Below are positions 43,574 to 55,405 of a stretch of DNA of 64,000 nt, piece by piece. Made by a program: the position numbers and the translations under genes. How positions within the stretch are numbered: the stretch's first letter is position 1; every line of letters begins with the position of its first letter. The notes under the pieces were generated by a model that was given only the letters and a program-made list of their open reading frames with translations, was not told the origin of the DNA and did no database searches. Source of the stretch: Porphyridium purpureum. Its lineage: Eukaryota. Where the stretch lies: positions 310,001 through 374,000 of the forward strand of contig VRMN01000005.1 of assembly GCA_008690995.1 (NCBI GenBank). Direction: 5' to 3'.

Positions 43574-45955
43574 ATGGAGAAGAGGAGCTCTTCGGGCACG
43601 GATACTGAGCACTTTCCAGAGTTGGAATTGGAGGTGCCGCATGGCGGTCGGTCGAGCTCGGGAGGCGAGAATGGCGGAACGGCCTTCCCGTTTTCTTCCA
43701 ACGAACCTGTCGCCCGCTTCAAGTTGTTCAAGAACAGCTCGATGACTCGAAGTAGTGGCAGCGGTCACGGATACGACGGAGCCGCGGCATTTTCAAAAGG
43801 AGAAAGCCAGAAAGCAGCTGTCGCAGCAGCCAGTAAGCACAACGACAGTGCACCATTTGCCGGCGCGGCGTCTCCTGACCAGCAAGAACCCATTCGATTC
43901 AGCAGCAAAGTCAAGTCCAGATTGATGCTGTATGACGCAACGACCTTGACAGATGAGCAGCAGCTCACAAAGGGATGGCTCATGTTTTTGGTTTCGTTCC
44001 CGCACAACGCAGTCCTGCGGGAACTGGCAGACTTTTACGCCGAGATCGCTCCAGGACTAGAAGCCACGCAACTTGTGCTGAGCCGGTCACAGCTCGTCTA
44101 CCTCGCAAAATGGATGTTTGTTTTGATCAAGTTTGTGGAGAACTTTGTCGCGTATGAGAAGAATATACTTTTTCCGGAGCTTCTTCAACTGCGCGGGATC
44201 TCGCAGGAGCTGCTGGATGCGATGAAGCCTCGAAGGCAGCGCGTCTGCGCAGCTCTATTAGGGCTGACCGGTGCCCTCGAACTCTTCACCATTAATGATA
44301 CATACCAGTACCGTGTGCAGTTGGTGAATAGCATTGATGTTTTCTTCGAGTTGCTCGTCCATTACTTCACAAAGCAGACCGATGCCATCTTTCAAGCGTT
44401 TTGCCCGGCGTCTGCCGAGGAGCATGATATTGTCATGGAAAAGAACATGGAGCGTCGCATGATGAGTGCGTTTGTGCGAATTCCTGATGAGAACAAGAGC
44501 CGGTCGCGCAACAGCTGGCTAGTTCAAAATGTGATGTTTACGAGATGGCTTACAGACGGCAAGACTTTGCTTCGCTGGATCAATGAGCACGTACCAGGCA
44601 AATCGGCCATGTATCTCGAGTGGCAGGCTGTGTACAAAGAATTGCACCACGACTCGGTGCGAGCTTTCTGGGCCATTCGACGCGAGGCGGAGGAGCAAGG
44701 GTCTGAGTTTGTTCATGTTGGACACCGTAGCTGCATGCCATTATTTATGCTCTGCTCATATGGTGAGAGCTGGACGCGCTTGCTCGACGTGATGGTGATC
44801 CCGCACAATGCACTGCGCTTGGAGCTCATGCATTTAGTGTCTATCCTAACCAAACTCGTGTCAATCGTTTCCGTAGCGGGCCGCTGGCCCGGTGTGTTGA
44901 CAGAGATGATTGTATCGTGGTGGCGGGGACTCTATCTCTTTTTCACTGACTATTTGGAGCTCGAAAAGGGCTGGTTTAAGCGGGCGTCCGCCGCGCTCAG
45001 CACAGGTGCGTACGCTTCGAGTTCGGCGAAAGGAAAAAACATGGACCCAGGTCAGAATTTGAAGAAGGCGAAAGAGATGCGCGACACATTTGAAGCGGGG
45101 CTGGCAAGTCGTACCCAGTGGACGAGATCTCTTATGGCGCTCAATCTGAATATGATGGCGCTGCAAGCAGGCGAGACTTCTGGCGAGGAAATGAATCTCC
45201 GTACGCTAGTGAGCGCTTCGGAAATCCTTTGCCAAGACGCAGTGCAACATTTTTGGCTGCTGGAGCAACACGTGATCAAGCTTTGGGAAGGCATGGTGCA
45301 GAGCCACGGCGAGATCACGGCCATGTTTAAGCAGGATGCGGAGTTGCTCTTTAGCGGGGAGCAGCCGAAAGAGTCCATCTGCATGTATGCATGCTGGATG
45401 AGCCAAGATCGGCGTGAGGCCTGGATGGCAGAAACGCTGTCAACGGTCAAGACCTTGCAGTTTGTGACGTACCAGCGGCACTTTCGAGCTGGTCGCGCAA
45501 AGATGCTCAAGACGATTCTAAGCCACAATGTCGGATCCATAACCCGCACGGCTAGCGGAGTGAGCAGCGTTCCTGGCGACGAGCCTGTCGAGTCCTTCAG
45601 CTCGGATATGTTCCTTGGCATCAAACCCGACGCAGTTGACGCGTTGCGCGTATCGCGCGTTCCGTCCGTCGCTCGGCGGCCGGGCAGTCGTGGTGTTTCC
45701 AGGGCCAACAGCGCAGATCAGGGAAACGGTGAAAACGGCGTTAGCGTGCGGACTAGTCTCACAAAAGGAATGTCGGACGTCTTTCGCACGGTCATGCGCA
45801 TGTCCTCGCGAGACGAATCGCAGTCAAACCCGACGTCTTCTAACAGTCTTTTACGAAGGAACTCATCAAAAGATAGAGGGCAAGGCCTGCAGCGGAGATC
45901 GTCGTCGCAAGGGAAAGGTATTGGTCGAATACCGTCAGTGCAGGATGAAGGCTGA
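43574..45955 (+). CDS. Hypothetical protein with two hemerythrin-like helical repeats
   Basis: 793 aa ORF. Duplicated PHNA(V/L)xxEL segments and YEKNILFPEL. Disordered Ser-rich termini. Confidence 0.7.
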   Translation: MEKRSSSGTDTEHFPELELEVPHGGRSSSGGENGGTAFPFSSNEPVARFKLFKNSSMTRSSGSGHGYDGAAAFSKGESQKAAVAAASKHNDSAPFAGAASPDQQEPIRFSSKVKSRLMLYDATTLTDEQQLTKGWLMFLVSFPHNAVLRELADFYAEIAPGLEATQLVLSRSQLVYLAKWMFVLIKFVENFVAYEKNILFPELLQLRGISQELLDAMKPRRQRVCAALLGLTGALELFTINDTYQYRVQLVNSIDVFFELLVHYFTKQTDAIFQAFCPASAEEHDIVMEKNMERRMMSAFVRIPDENKSRSRNSWLVQNVMFTRWLTDGKTLLRWINEHVPGKSAMYLEWQAVYKELHHDSVRAFWAIRREAEEQGSEFVHVGHRSCMPLFMLCSYGESWTRLLDVMVIPHNALRLELMHLVSILTKLVSIVSVAGRWPGVLTEMIVSWWRGLYLFFTDYLELEKGWFKRASAALSTGAYASSSAKGKNMDPGQNLKKAKEMRDTFEAGLASRTQWTRSLMALNLNMMALQAGETSGEEMNLRTLVSASEILCQDAVQHFWLLEQHVIKLWEGMVQSHGEITAMFKQDAELLFSGEQPKESICMYACWMSQDRREAWMAETLSTVKTLQFVTYQRHFRAGRAKMLKTILSHNVGSITRTASGVSSVPGDEPVESFSSDMFLGIKPDAVDALRVSRVPSVARRPGSRGVSRANSADQGNGENGVSVRTSLTKGMSDVFRTVMRMSSRDESQSNPTSSNSLLRRNSSKDRGQGLQRRSSSQGKGIGRIPSVQDEG

Positions 45956-46317
45956 GAACGTACTTCAGCCCACTGGCTCCTTGGAGTTCTGGATTACAAG
46001 GAGCTGGGCCGGTTTCTTTCTCGGAGAAACATTACGTAGCTCCAAACCTCAGCTGGTGGTGTCTTGAGGCAAACGCCGGCGATATGGTCATCAAAATGTA
46101 TTGAAAAAGACCAACGGTCTCCTATGTTTGGGCTACGTCGTCAATCCCCTCGTTTGACAAACGAGGGCGCGGCTGCGCGGGCGCGACTGCCACCTTTAGC
46201 GTCGAGTGTACCTGGAGCTGTGCGTTGCTTCTCTTTTCATGCATAATGAAGCTCGCCTTTGTAATCTTAGAAACAAAACACAACGCTCAACTAATCGTGA
46301 TATCGGATCCCCAGAGT

Positions 46318-48351
46318 CTAATGCTCACTTGCCGCGTCGGCATCCTGATCGTCAGACTCCTTTCTTCGGCGCACACGAGCGGCTCTCACTCTGGTTTTCT
46401 TTGAAGCTGCTTTGACAGCGGCGCTCACGGCGGCTTGCACCTCGCTTGGTTCCATGTCTCGCGATGGCGCGGACGCCGCGGTGTCAGTCCGTTTCACACG
46501 CTCGCGCCGCTGAGTTGATTGCCCAAGCCTTGCTGTATGCACCGTCTGTGTATTGTTCTCGCCATCAGAAGAGAACGCAGAGTTTTGGACCTCCACAATG
46601 GTGTCCACTGTGGCGCTCGCGGTCTCATTCGTCGTGCGTGGGCTGATGCTGGTACTGCCGACGTCTCGGATCCTGCCGAAAGTAGTTGTGTCGTGAATGC
46701 TGACGCCGTCGCTATGATTGACAATGTCACTGTTGTCGCTGTGAATGACGTCATCGACAAGTGTCTGAATGGCGGCAGGGGCTCCAGTCGGCGTCGAGCC
46801 AGGCAGTGCACTTCGCGCATCATCTAAAATATCATTCCAGTCCCTCGCTATAATCAAAGGGCGATCGGGGTCCACTTTTTCACGCAAAATCTGGAGCGAG
46901 TACGCCAGAAGTCGCTTTGTCTTGGTCAAATTACCGACGTTCGACGTGAGAATCATGTCGTTATTCGGGCACAGCAGACGCTGCGCCTCGCGCACTGCGT
47001 AAATCGCGTCCTCCAGCACTGCGCAATAGTCTCGCGGATCGCACTGAAAGTGGCCGTCCAAAGGCAATAAAAATTCGCTTCGGATAGGCTGCGCACGCAG
47101 CTTCGAGTTCAGCTCGCCTTGCGCCACGCGATGCATGTCACTAAGCTTGAGCATTACGTGATTGAGACGCGCAAGATTCTCGCGTGCCAAGAAGGAACCG
47201 TCCTCCAGTGCGCCGATGACATCCACTTTGACGATGGATATTTCGTTGAGAAGCACCATGATGCGGCCTCGAAAAGACACGTCTGGTTGGCTAGATACGC
47301 AGAACGGATACAGCGTGAAGATAAAGTTCCACGTCGCACCGTGCTGGTGCAACGCCGAAAGCATACTCTGCCGTGGCGTATGCCGATGTACCTCCTGCAG
47401 ATGGAACAAATGATAATCCGATGAGATCAGCGTGAAATGGCACTTCTCAGCCGAGCGGCGTCCAAACATTTTCTCGACTTGCAGAAAGACTTTGTGCAAG
47501 GGAAGTTTCGACAAGCGCGGGCTCTTCTCTTCTAGCACGAAACTAACGTCACTCAAATCGATGTTCAGCTCCTCGCAAACCTGGCGGAAGAATGTGTATG
47601 CCGCGGAAGCAGGAGAAACGACGGTGCCGTCTGCGCGTGCACCTGTGAAGCAAATCACATCTGGTCGCAGTGCACCTGTGCGGAGCAGGCGTACGAGCGT
47701 GATGACGCGTTTTGACAGCTCCACCGTGAGCTGGTCGCGCATCAGCTCTTTCCCGAAAACAACTGCAATCAACGTGGTGCTTCCGTCCTGTGACCGGTCC
47801 ATGTGGTAACGATCCTCCACTTGTTCACTCTCGCTTGAGCGCCGGATCGACAGCAGCTGCGAAATTTGTTCCGTAAGTTCCGATAAGCTCTTGACCACTG
47901 GCGCATGCAATGGCGGAGGGGAACTTTTCTCCTGGTCTCTTTCCCGTGACTCCGATGCCTTGTTCGTGGTCTTCGCAGCCGACGAAACCGAGGATGTGCC
48001 CACAGACGATGAAGGCTCGTCCTTTTCGCCTGCATGCGCGCTATTCGACCCTCTCTTGCTCTGATTGCATTTGACTTGCTCACTTCGAATGGTCGTAACC
48101 CGTCGTTTCCGACGCGCCGAGGCGGATTGCACTGGTTGTTCGCCACTGCCTGGCGCCGATGACGCGCACAGCTTTCCTCTCCGCTGTGCCACTGAACAGT
48201 TGGCACCACACGTCTGCCATCGCCGCTGGCGCAGCCGCGCTGGAAATCCATCGGCACGAGTCGCGCAAGCTCCGAGCTGCACTCCCACCCATCCCAGCGC
48301 CGCGGGGCACGCGCAGCACCCGCTTCGTGCGCTCGTCTCACCTGCCGTCAT
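46318..48351 (-). CDS. Hypothetical protein with a DUF218 (ElyC/SanA/YdcF)-like domain and probable transit peptide
   Basis: AVVFGKEL, R..., ICFTG, FVLEEKS and LISSDYHL follow the DUF218 motif order. Confidence 0.65.
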   Translation of the reverse strand: MTAGETSARSGCCACPAALGWVGVQLGACATRADGFPARLRQRRWQTCGANCSVAQRRGKLCASSAPGSGEQPVQSASARRKRRVTTIRSEQVKCNQSKRGSNSAHAGEKDEPSSSVGTSSVSSAAKTTNKASESRERDQEKSSPPPLHAPVVKSLSELTEQISQLLSIRRSSESEQVEDRYHMDRSQDGSTTLIAVVFGKELMRDQLTVELSKRVITLVRLLRTGALRPDVICFTGARADGTVVSPASAAYTFFRQVCEELNIDLSDVSFVLEEKSPRLSKLPLHKVFLQVEKMFGRRSAEKCHFTLISSDYHLFHLQEVHRHTPRQSMLSALHQHGATWNFIFTLYPFCVSSQPDVSFRGRIMVLLNEISIVKVDVIGALEDGSFLARENLARLNHVMLKLSDMHRVAQGELNSKLRAQPIRSEFLLPLDGHFQCDPRDYCAVLEDAIYAVREAQRLLCPNNDMILTSNVGNLTKTKRLLAYSLQILREKVDPDRPLIIARDWNDILDDARSALPGSTPTGAPAAIQTLVDDVIHSDNSDIVNHSDGVSIHDTTTFGRIRDVGSTSISPRTTNETASATVDTIVEVQNSAFSSDGENNTQTVHTARLGQSTQRRERVKRTDTAASAPSRDMEPSEVQAAVSAAVKAASKKTRVRAARVRRRKESDDQDADAASEH

Positions 48352-48696
48352 ATCTAGCTCGCGCGCCTGCGAGCACCTGCCAAACCGCGCACGCGCGCGT
48401 GTGTGTACGCGAATGCGTTTTGCGTGGATGTGTCTGCGTGTCGTGTCGGCGTCTCGACGAGCTCCGTCAACTTGCGGCCAACCCCGCCGCTGCGCGCGGG
48501 AGTACGTCCCGACCGCTTCTCTCAGCGGTGCGACAGCTGTCCTTCCGGGCTGCGTTGCTTGTCACCACCACACTCGATGCCGAGCCACATCCATCCTCCT
48601 ACTCGCGCCTCTCCGTGCGCATCCAAACCTGCCTCAACCCGCATACGCGATTCCCAATCCAGCCATCAAAACAATAAAAAAAGCCCCGTCTTGTAG

Positions 48697-48736
48697 AAAA
48701 CCAAAACCAAAACCAAAGCCAAAACCAAAACCAAAG
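48697..48736. repeat. (AAAACC)n simple repeat
   Basis: Direct reading. A similar (AAAAACC)n tract lies at about 60411-60455. Confidence 0.85.
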
Positions 48737-49069
48737 CAACAAAAAAATGGAAAACCCTCGCATGTGACGGTTCAGTTTGGGCAGATTCAGGAACGCGCAT
48801 AGTAGGACGGCGCGCTTTTGTGATTTCCGCGACCAGCTCGTTGAGCACACGCCGCAAGCTGTACCCCTGGGGTATGTACAGTGGATGAGGTGGCGGGTGT
48901 ACAGTGCGACTGTGACCCGTGTGTGACAAGAACGCGTGCTGCTCAGAAGCAGGTGGTGGTCGCTTTGGTGTGCGCGGGTTTGGCACAGCAAAGGTATGCT
49001 GGCTTGTGTGTTCGGGGGGTTGGCACGCACGTCTGTGTGTGTCGGTGTGGATGGGCGATACGAAATTTA

Positions 49070-51409
49070 TTAAGCAAGGTACTTGTACATCTGCGGGTTT
49101 GAAGGGTCGCGCTCCAGATACTCACGTTCGATCAGGCTCTCAATGCGTTTCTTCAAGTCTGCGGGCTTGTGCGGGAACTTGAGGATGCTGTACAGCTCCG
49201 TCAGCAGGTTCGTGTGCGTCGCGACTTTGCGGGTCTTCATCACTCGCACAATCGCAGCATCGATCTGGTACTGCCTGTCCTGAAAGACCTTCTCCGTCGT
49301 GTCCTTGTTCTCCTCGGGCGTCTCCTTGAGCTGAATAGAGTTAATCTTAATCTTCATCATTTTGTGCGTAAACTGTTCATTGAATACGAAACGGTCGTTT
49401 TCGCCCAGCTCCGCGCCCTTGGGCTCCTTGAGGATGACGCGCGTCGTCACCTTGCCGCATGCCAGCGACAACAGCACCCTCTTCAATTCCTTTGGATCCA
49501 AACCGGTCGCGTCCAGAATCTCTTGGTAGCTAAGCACCGTAGCCTTGTTGAACAGCATGCACACCACCGCTTGAAAGAGCGACACATCTATCAGCTTGGA
49601 GCCCTTCGCAAAGTGCGCACGCAGCGTACATGAGCCACTGCTGTGTTGCCATGCCAACTGCTTGCCCTGGTGCTTTTCCAAGTAAAATTGCTTGAACTCC
49701 TCGTGCATGTTGGAGATTTCGCGCGGCAGTTTGATTTCCAGCGCCGTGCTCAACTGCGGCCAGTAGCTATTCGTCAGGATGTATACGTTCAGATCGATTT
49801 CACGAGCTGCCGAGCTGCGCGAATTGCGATATGCCTGGAAGGCATTGAGAATATCCGCGGACAGGTCAACATCGCGAAACATGCCTTCAAGCTTGTTCGT
49901 GAACGGCGCTCCGCACTCGGTTTTCATTCGTGAAATCATTTGCTTCTCCAATTCGAGAGACGCGGATTTTTGGAACAACAGCCGTTTAGCCAGATCTTTC
50001 TTAAAGAACGCCTCGAAGATATCCTTGCCCTGGATGTAGCGGAAGAGGATCATGATGCTATCCAGCGTGCTCTCGAGCTCTTCTTCCGTGTACGACTTGT
50101 TGCCCGTCCGAAGAATCTGATCGACAAACTTGGCGATCAGCTCGGCCGGTTTGTTTTGCCGCATGTTCACGCACGCTTCAAATGCTTCCCTGGCTGCAAT
50201 CACAAACCCTTCATTGGACATGAAAGCCTGCGAAAGCATGATATCGACATCGCGCTTGAACTCAAGCAAACGGCTGACCATCTCAGCATCCTTTTGCTCG
50301 TCCATGACAATATCCGTGCCCACGTTCTTCATGTATGCTACGAATGCCCTTCGCAATTTCTCGTGCGCCGTTTGACTGCATGGTTTCCAGCTTGAAGGCA
50401 TGGCGGAACCGTGTATGCCAAGGTATTGGCACGACGACGTTCCCCACGCCGTGTCGAGATCGTTCACGCGGGCAAACAACGAGTACATGCGTCGGAGATC
50501 ATCAAAACGCCGTTGGGCACACAGCTCATTAAATCCTTCTTGCAGCAGTTCATCGATCATCGCGGCGATCATCATCCGTTCTACAGCCTGCAGAAGAGGC
50601 TTTTTCGAGCTCGATTCGAGAAACGCGTCGCAGCGCTCGGCTTCCTCATGGATACGCCGTTCTGTGTGCTCTAGGTACTTGGCAACAGTACATTGTGTGA
50701 ACATGGTGCTGCCTTCCTGTCGATAAAATTCGTATGCTTTGCTCAGATTCAGCGGCTCAAAGTACTCTTCATACATCCCGATCGCACTGAGCATGCGAAC
50801 AATCGACTTGAGCAGCGCGCGGCCGGTGGAAGCCGGCACTGCATTTTGGCGTTCGGCACGAACTAAATCTAGCGCCCCATTCAACGTCTTGCGTACCGCC
50901 GTTGGACACGACTTGAGGTGCGCCCACCACAGACGCAGCCCCATGTCCCACACGCTGAGAGCAGAACTGGCTGAACTCAGCACATATGTCCGATCGAGGT
51001 AAAGGAAAATGGAGCGAATGATAAGCATTTGCGAACAGTGTTCACCCCACACGCGATTCACAAACTCGAGAAACTCAGTACCTTCCAACAGGGACGCACC
51101 GATGCCGTCAAACAACTCGCGCACGTGCGAGTCGCACTGATCGCGCAGGAACTGGTACAAACCGGCGCCCAGTTTATGCGCGCACACATCCTCAACGCGT
51201 GAGTAAAGCCGCTCAAAGCTGATACCGCTAAACCTGGATTGCTGCACTGCCACGACTGCCGGCAAAAACTCTTTTGTCCACACGCTCTGCAGAAAGTCAT
51301 GGCTCAGTGCGGGCTGCTTTTTAAGAGGCTTCATGGTTAGTTTCTTTCCGGTAGCCGGCTTGCCGCCTTGCGGCGGCGCCGGGGCGCGCGACTCGCCTGC
51401 GCGTGTCAT
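49070..51409 (-). CDS. CUL4: Cullin-4
   Basis: IRSIFLYLDRTYV, KPAELIAKF, GKDIFEAFFKKDLAKRLL and neddylation motif IDAAIVRVMKTRK. Confidence 0.95.
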   Translation of the reverse strand: MTRAGESRAPAPPQGGKPATGKKLTMKPLKKQPALSHDFLQSVWTKEFLPAVVAVQQSRFSGISFERLYSRVEDVCAHKLGAGLYQFLRDQCDSHVRELFDGIGASLLEGTEFLEFVNRVWGEHCSQMLIIRSIFLYLDRTYVLSSASSALSVWDMGLRLWWAHLKSCPTAVRKTLNGALDLVRAERQNAVPASTGRALLKSIVRMLSAIGMYEEYFEPLNLSKAYEFYRQEGSTMFTQCTVAKYLEHTERRIHEEAERCDAFLESSSKKPLLQAVERMMIAAMIDELLQEGFNELCAQRRFDDLRRMYSLFARVNDLDTAWGTSSCQYLGIHGSAMPSSWKPCSQTAHEKLRRAFVAYMKNVGTDIVMDEQKDAEMVSRLLEFKRDVDIMLSQAFMSNEGFVIAAREAFEACVNMRQNKPAELIAKFVDQILRTGNKSYTEEELESTLDSIMILFRYIQGKDIFEAFFKKDLAKRLLFQKSASLELEKQMISRMKTECGAPFTNKLEGMFRDVDLSADILNAFQAYRNSRSSAAREIDLNVYILTNSYWPQLSTALEIKLPREISNMHEEFKQFYLEKHQGKQLAWQHSSGSCTLRAHFAKGSKLIDVSLFQAVVCMLFNKATVLSYQEILDATGLDPKELKRVLLSLACGKVTTRVILKEPKGAELGENDRFVFNEQFTHKMMKIKINSIQLKETPEENKDTTEKVFQDRQYQIDAAIVRVMKTRKVATHTNLLTELYSILKFPHKPADLKKRIESLIEREYLERDPSNPQMYKYLA

Positions 51410-52147
51410 TTCCGCTGTTCCCTTGACCAATAATTTTGGGTGCGCGCGCGTGTTTGTCTGACTTCTTTTCCACTTGAGGCTCCAACCTTTGCGCAGGGAA
51501 ATGTCTTTGCCAGGGCGCAGCGTGCGGCTTCCTATGTCTTTACCACGAGGGAGCGCCCAAGCGGAGATCTAAGCCGCCCGTCGGCGAACAGGATTTGATT
51601 CCGCTCCGGTCTTCCTTGTGTTCCACGAAGCAGGTTGCGAGTCACCCACCCTGCCTTCTACAGGAGAAAGCGTCATGACGGGAGCAGTGTACCCGCACTA
51701 TAAATTTATCAAAGTAACCGTGCGGCAGAAAGCCGAGGGTAGGCTGGTGATCAGAACCGTGACAACGTAGGCCATGAGCAGGATGGTTCACAGATAGGAA
51801 GAAAGCGTGAGGCCCCTGTCGCCCGACGCTTCAACAAGATCACCAGACTTAGCGCCTGCCACTGAACACAATGTATGCCAAACAACGTGACACTTCCTGG
51901 ATCACACACATATGCGTGGTTCTTCACTCCGACTTTTATTCGGCCTTTAATGCAAAGAAATTCAATGGTATCAAAGCTTCTTTAACCTTTGCAATCGCTG
52001 CTTCGATCCATCATTCCGATCGCGACGCGTCGACCACATCAGGAAATGCTAGACACAGTAAGTGGACAACAAACAAGTGCACAAAGAGGAAGAGCGAAAA
52101 GGCTTCGCCCCAGGCACTCTGAAGCCTTGTGAGAGCTAGCGCGACGT

Positions 52148-53269
52148 TTAGAAGCACTTTCGGTGCACGATGGACGGGCCCATTTCGTCGTATTCGTTCT
52201 TCGACACCCACATCTGCTGGAATGTCGACAGCGACGCCAGAATCGATCCACCGATCCACACCGAGAACTGGCGCTCCGGCGGCGCAATCACCTTGATCTT
52301 CATCGCCGGCGGCGCAAGCGACTCCAGCTCCTTCTGCACGCGCGCAGAGATGCCCGCAAACATCGTCGACCCACCGGACATCACGCAGTTGTTGTAAAGG
52401 TCCTTACGGATATCAATGTCGCACTTCATGATCGACCCGAACGCAGTCTCGTGCATGCCCTTGTACTCAAGGCCAAGCATGTCTGGCTTGAACAGCGCCT
52501 CCGGGCACTGGAAGCGCTCCTGCGCCACCGTGATCACCTGCCCGTCGGGCAGTTCGTACTCCTTCTCGAGCGACGAGTTCGCCGCCGCACCGGCAAGCTC
52601 CTTCTCGTAGTCATCAGCGACGTACGACAGCTGCTGCTTGATGTCACGCACAATCTCCAGCTCGGCAGACGTCGTGAACGAGTACCCACGCTGCTGCAGC
52701 AGCTTTGCCATCCACTCCGTCAGGTCGCGCCCGGCCAAGTTGATGCGCAGCACGGCGTGCGGCAGCGAGTACCCTTCGTAGATCGGCACGGTGTGCGTCA
52801 CACCGTCGCCCGAGTCAATCACAATACCGGACGTGCGCCCAGACGCGTACAGCGACAGCACCGCCTGGATCGCCACGTAGAACGCGGGGATGTCAAACGT
52901 CTCGAACAGGATCTGCGTCATGCGCTCGCGGTTCGCCTTGGGGTTCAGCGGCGCCTCGGTCAGCAGGCACGGGTGCTCCACCGGGTCCACGCGCAGCTCC
53001 GAGTAGAACGCGTGGTGCCAGATCTTCTCCATGTCGTCCCAGTTCGTCACGATCCCGTGCTCCAGCGGGTACTTGATGATCAGCACACCGCGGCGCGCCA
53101 TCGCGGCATCGCCTACGTAGTCGTCCTTCTGTCCGGCGCCCACCATGATACCCTTCTGCTTGGGCACGCCGATCACGGCCGGGAACACCGACTTGGGCGA
53201 GTCCTCACCGGCAATGCCGCACTTGCAGCGGCCGGATCCATTATCCAAAACAACGGCTGGCTTCGACAT
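52148..53269 (-). CDS. ACT: Actin (copy 1)
   Basis: [52 protein letters not shown] and IVHRKCF. Confidence 0.98.
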   Translation of the reverse strand: MSKPAVVLDNGSGRCKCGIAGEDSPKSVFPAVIGVPKQKGIMVGAGQKDDYVGDAAMARRGVLIIKYPLEHGIVTNWDDMEKIWHHAFYSELRVDPVEHPCLLTEAPLNPKANRERMTQILFETFDIPAFYVAIQAVLSLYASGRTSGIVIDSGDGVTHTVPIYEGYSLPHAVLRINLAGRDLTEWMAKLLQQRGYSFTTSAELEIVRDIKQQLSYVADDYEKELAGAAANSSLEKEYELPDGQVITVAQERFQCPEALFKPDMLGLEYKGMHETAFGSIMKCDIDIRKDLYNNCVMSGGSTMFAGISARVQKELESLAPPAMKIKVIAPPERQFSVWIGGSILASLSTFQQMWVSKNEYDEMGPSIVHRKCF

Positions 53270-53366
53270 GTTGCCTACACTCCTCGAGCTGCGATCTGCT
53301 TCCCTCCTTCCCAACTTTCACCCCCACCCCTTCCTTCTTCCCAAGCCTTCCACCTCGTCCTTCTCC
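52148..53366 (-). repeat. Left arm of a 1219-bp inverted repeat (actin CDS plus 97 bp of leader)
   Basis: Near-exact reverse complement of 57129-58347. Confidence 0.95.
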
Positions 53367-54816
53367 TTCCCCGCTTGTGTATCTCTACGCACACACCTTT
53401 CACCCAACCGCTACTGGCCCTCTCGCTTTCTATTCAATTCGCGTGCGTTTTGCTAGACAAACGTTGCAAACTCGACGTGTGCTGTGTGCGGCACAAGAAA
53501 CCGCCCCAGAAAAACCAACACCAACACAAAATCAGAAACAGACACGACCGAAAATGAGCAGATCTGTCGATTCTACTAGTATGTGCAGACACTGTCAGCC
53601 AACGCGAGCAGCTCCTATCAAAGGACGCCTGTTTTGCTATAGAACGTGCTAGAAATCATGCCGGACTGTGGAGTCTCTAAAAAAAACACACACACACAGA
53701 ACACAACGACAACAACCAAAAACAGCACAGCAAACCGCCAACATCAGCCCCCTCGCAAGAACGTCCCAACTGACAAACCAGAATAATAGTTGAAATGCCG
53801 CATTGGATAGTTATCTTTCGGGTTTTGCGTTGCTGAAGGTTTTGGGGTTGAGTGGATGTGGGTGGTGGTGGTGGTGGTGGCGATGATTTGACGAAGCGTG
53901 CTCGCCTGCACGCGGGATAGATCGCACGCTGGATCTGACGCTGGAACGATCGTGTGCCGTGCGCGCACGGCGCGCGGCGTTGGCACGTGTGAGTTGAGAG
54001 GCAAGGCTTGCGTGATTACTACTTCCCAGACTCTTTGAACAGCGAACTGTCTTTTCTGCGTCTGTCGCGTTCTACATGGGCGTGCTGGCTCTGTGTCCCG
54101 TTTTGATCTCATGCAGACACGCAGGCGAACAGAAGCTGAATTTGCCGCGAGATTAGGATGCGCAGCTCACGTCTTCTGGTAGATCAAAAGTCAGGCAGGT
54201 TCTAGTTCCGTTTCCTCCCGATACGATCTTGAGCCTGCCACGTGCGGTTTCGACAGCTGCTGGATGGATCTGCCTTGCATCTTTGTCGCGATGAGCAAGA
54301 CAAGCAAGCGAATGCGCTGGCGCACGTGTCAGTGGTGAGCTGAAGATCCCTCGTTCGTTCTGAAAACTCCTCGCGTGGAGAGAAGGAGTCAGACGAAATG
54401 AACAGTGGAGATGGCGCACGAGGCTCGTCGAAGCGTCTGCCAGTGGCCTCCTGCGAAACGTAAATAGATGATGCATGCAGCTGTATACTGTGCCTGCCCT
54501 CGACCCCTTCAGACGCATGCCTTTGCTGAGGCCTTTCGTATCAAAAGCCATACTCCTCATTCATGTGCGCAAATTCCGCAGGTGACCGCAAAATCACAGA
54601 GAACTGGCAAGGTAATGCGGCAAGCGTTTATTCTGTAAAATGTTAACCATCGTTTCCTGATACTCTTTGGGCGCCTTCACACGGTCTCGCAACACGACCA
54701 CGGCGTCATCAAACGGCAAAGTGTCAGACGCGGCTGAGATCAGTCGCGTTCCAGCTCCAGCTCCCGCAGATCACCAGGATCCGATCAGAACACGACCGAA
54801 CCAGCCAGCGACTGGT

Positions 54817-55263
54817 CTAATATCCGGCTTGGAGCGAAGCAAGAGCCTTCTTGACCGTGTCGTACGCCGATTCGTCCTCGTCGGTTGCCTGCAGCTGGCG
54901 GCCCACACCTTCCATCTGGTTCAGGCAGCCCTCCTGCGAGGAGGCGTAAATCGTCTTGGACTTGATCTTGGCGGTCTCCGGAGCCCATTTCAGGAAGACG
55001 ATCTTGCTCTTGGGGAGTCCCTGGTGCTCGTAGAGGAAATCGTACAGCAAGAAGCGGCAGTCGTTCTCCGGCAGCGAGTCGATGCATTCCTTCCACTCGG
55101 CCTCGGCGGTGCCAACGTCGCCGCTTCCCGTGGGCATCGTCTTCTCGACCTCGATCTTGGTCATCCCGTCGTTGATCTTCATCACGACAGCACGAACATC
55201 GCGCTTCTTGAGGCCGTTGAACGACTCAATGCAGGACGGATCCACGGCAACTCCCGACGACAT
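54817..55263 (-). CDS. ADF: Cofilin / actin-depolymerizing factor
   Basis: MSSGVAV, LPENDCRF, KIVFLKWAPETAKIKSKTIYASS and LQATD. Confidence 0.95.
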   Translation of the reverse strand: MSSGVAVDPSCIESFNGLKKRDVRAVVMKINDGMTKIEVEKTMPTGSGDVGTAEAEWKECIDSLPENDCRFLLYDFLYEHQGLPKSKIVFLKWAPETAKIKSKTIYASSQEGCLNQMEGVGRQLQATDEDESAYDTVKKALASLQAGY

Positions 55264-55405
55264 CTTGACCAAAGCTTAGGCTTTCACGAACCGCTTCCCT
55301 CTTCCTTTCCCCTCGTCACCTTACCTTCCTCTCACTCTTCTCTCTCCCGACTTCTTCCGCACTCTCCAAACTTGCCCCCTCTCTACAGCGCCCAAACCAC
55401 CTCAG

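Noticed and set aside
48697..48736. (AAAACC)n as an interstitial telomere
   Set aside because: Short and irregular, with a different unit length at 60411; better explained as a simple repeat.
50360..50460. ~30 aa insertion in CUL4 as an in-frame intron
   Set aside because: No good donor or branch-point consensus; treated as a lineage-specific loop.
52163..53557. 464 aa ORFs antisense to both actins (also 56938-58332)
   Set aside because: Shadow frames produced by strong GC3 codon bias. Their differences map to synonymous actin positions.
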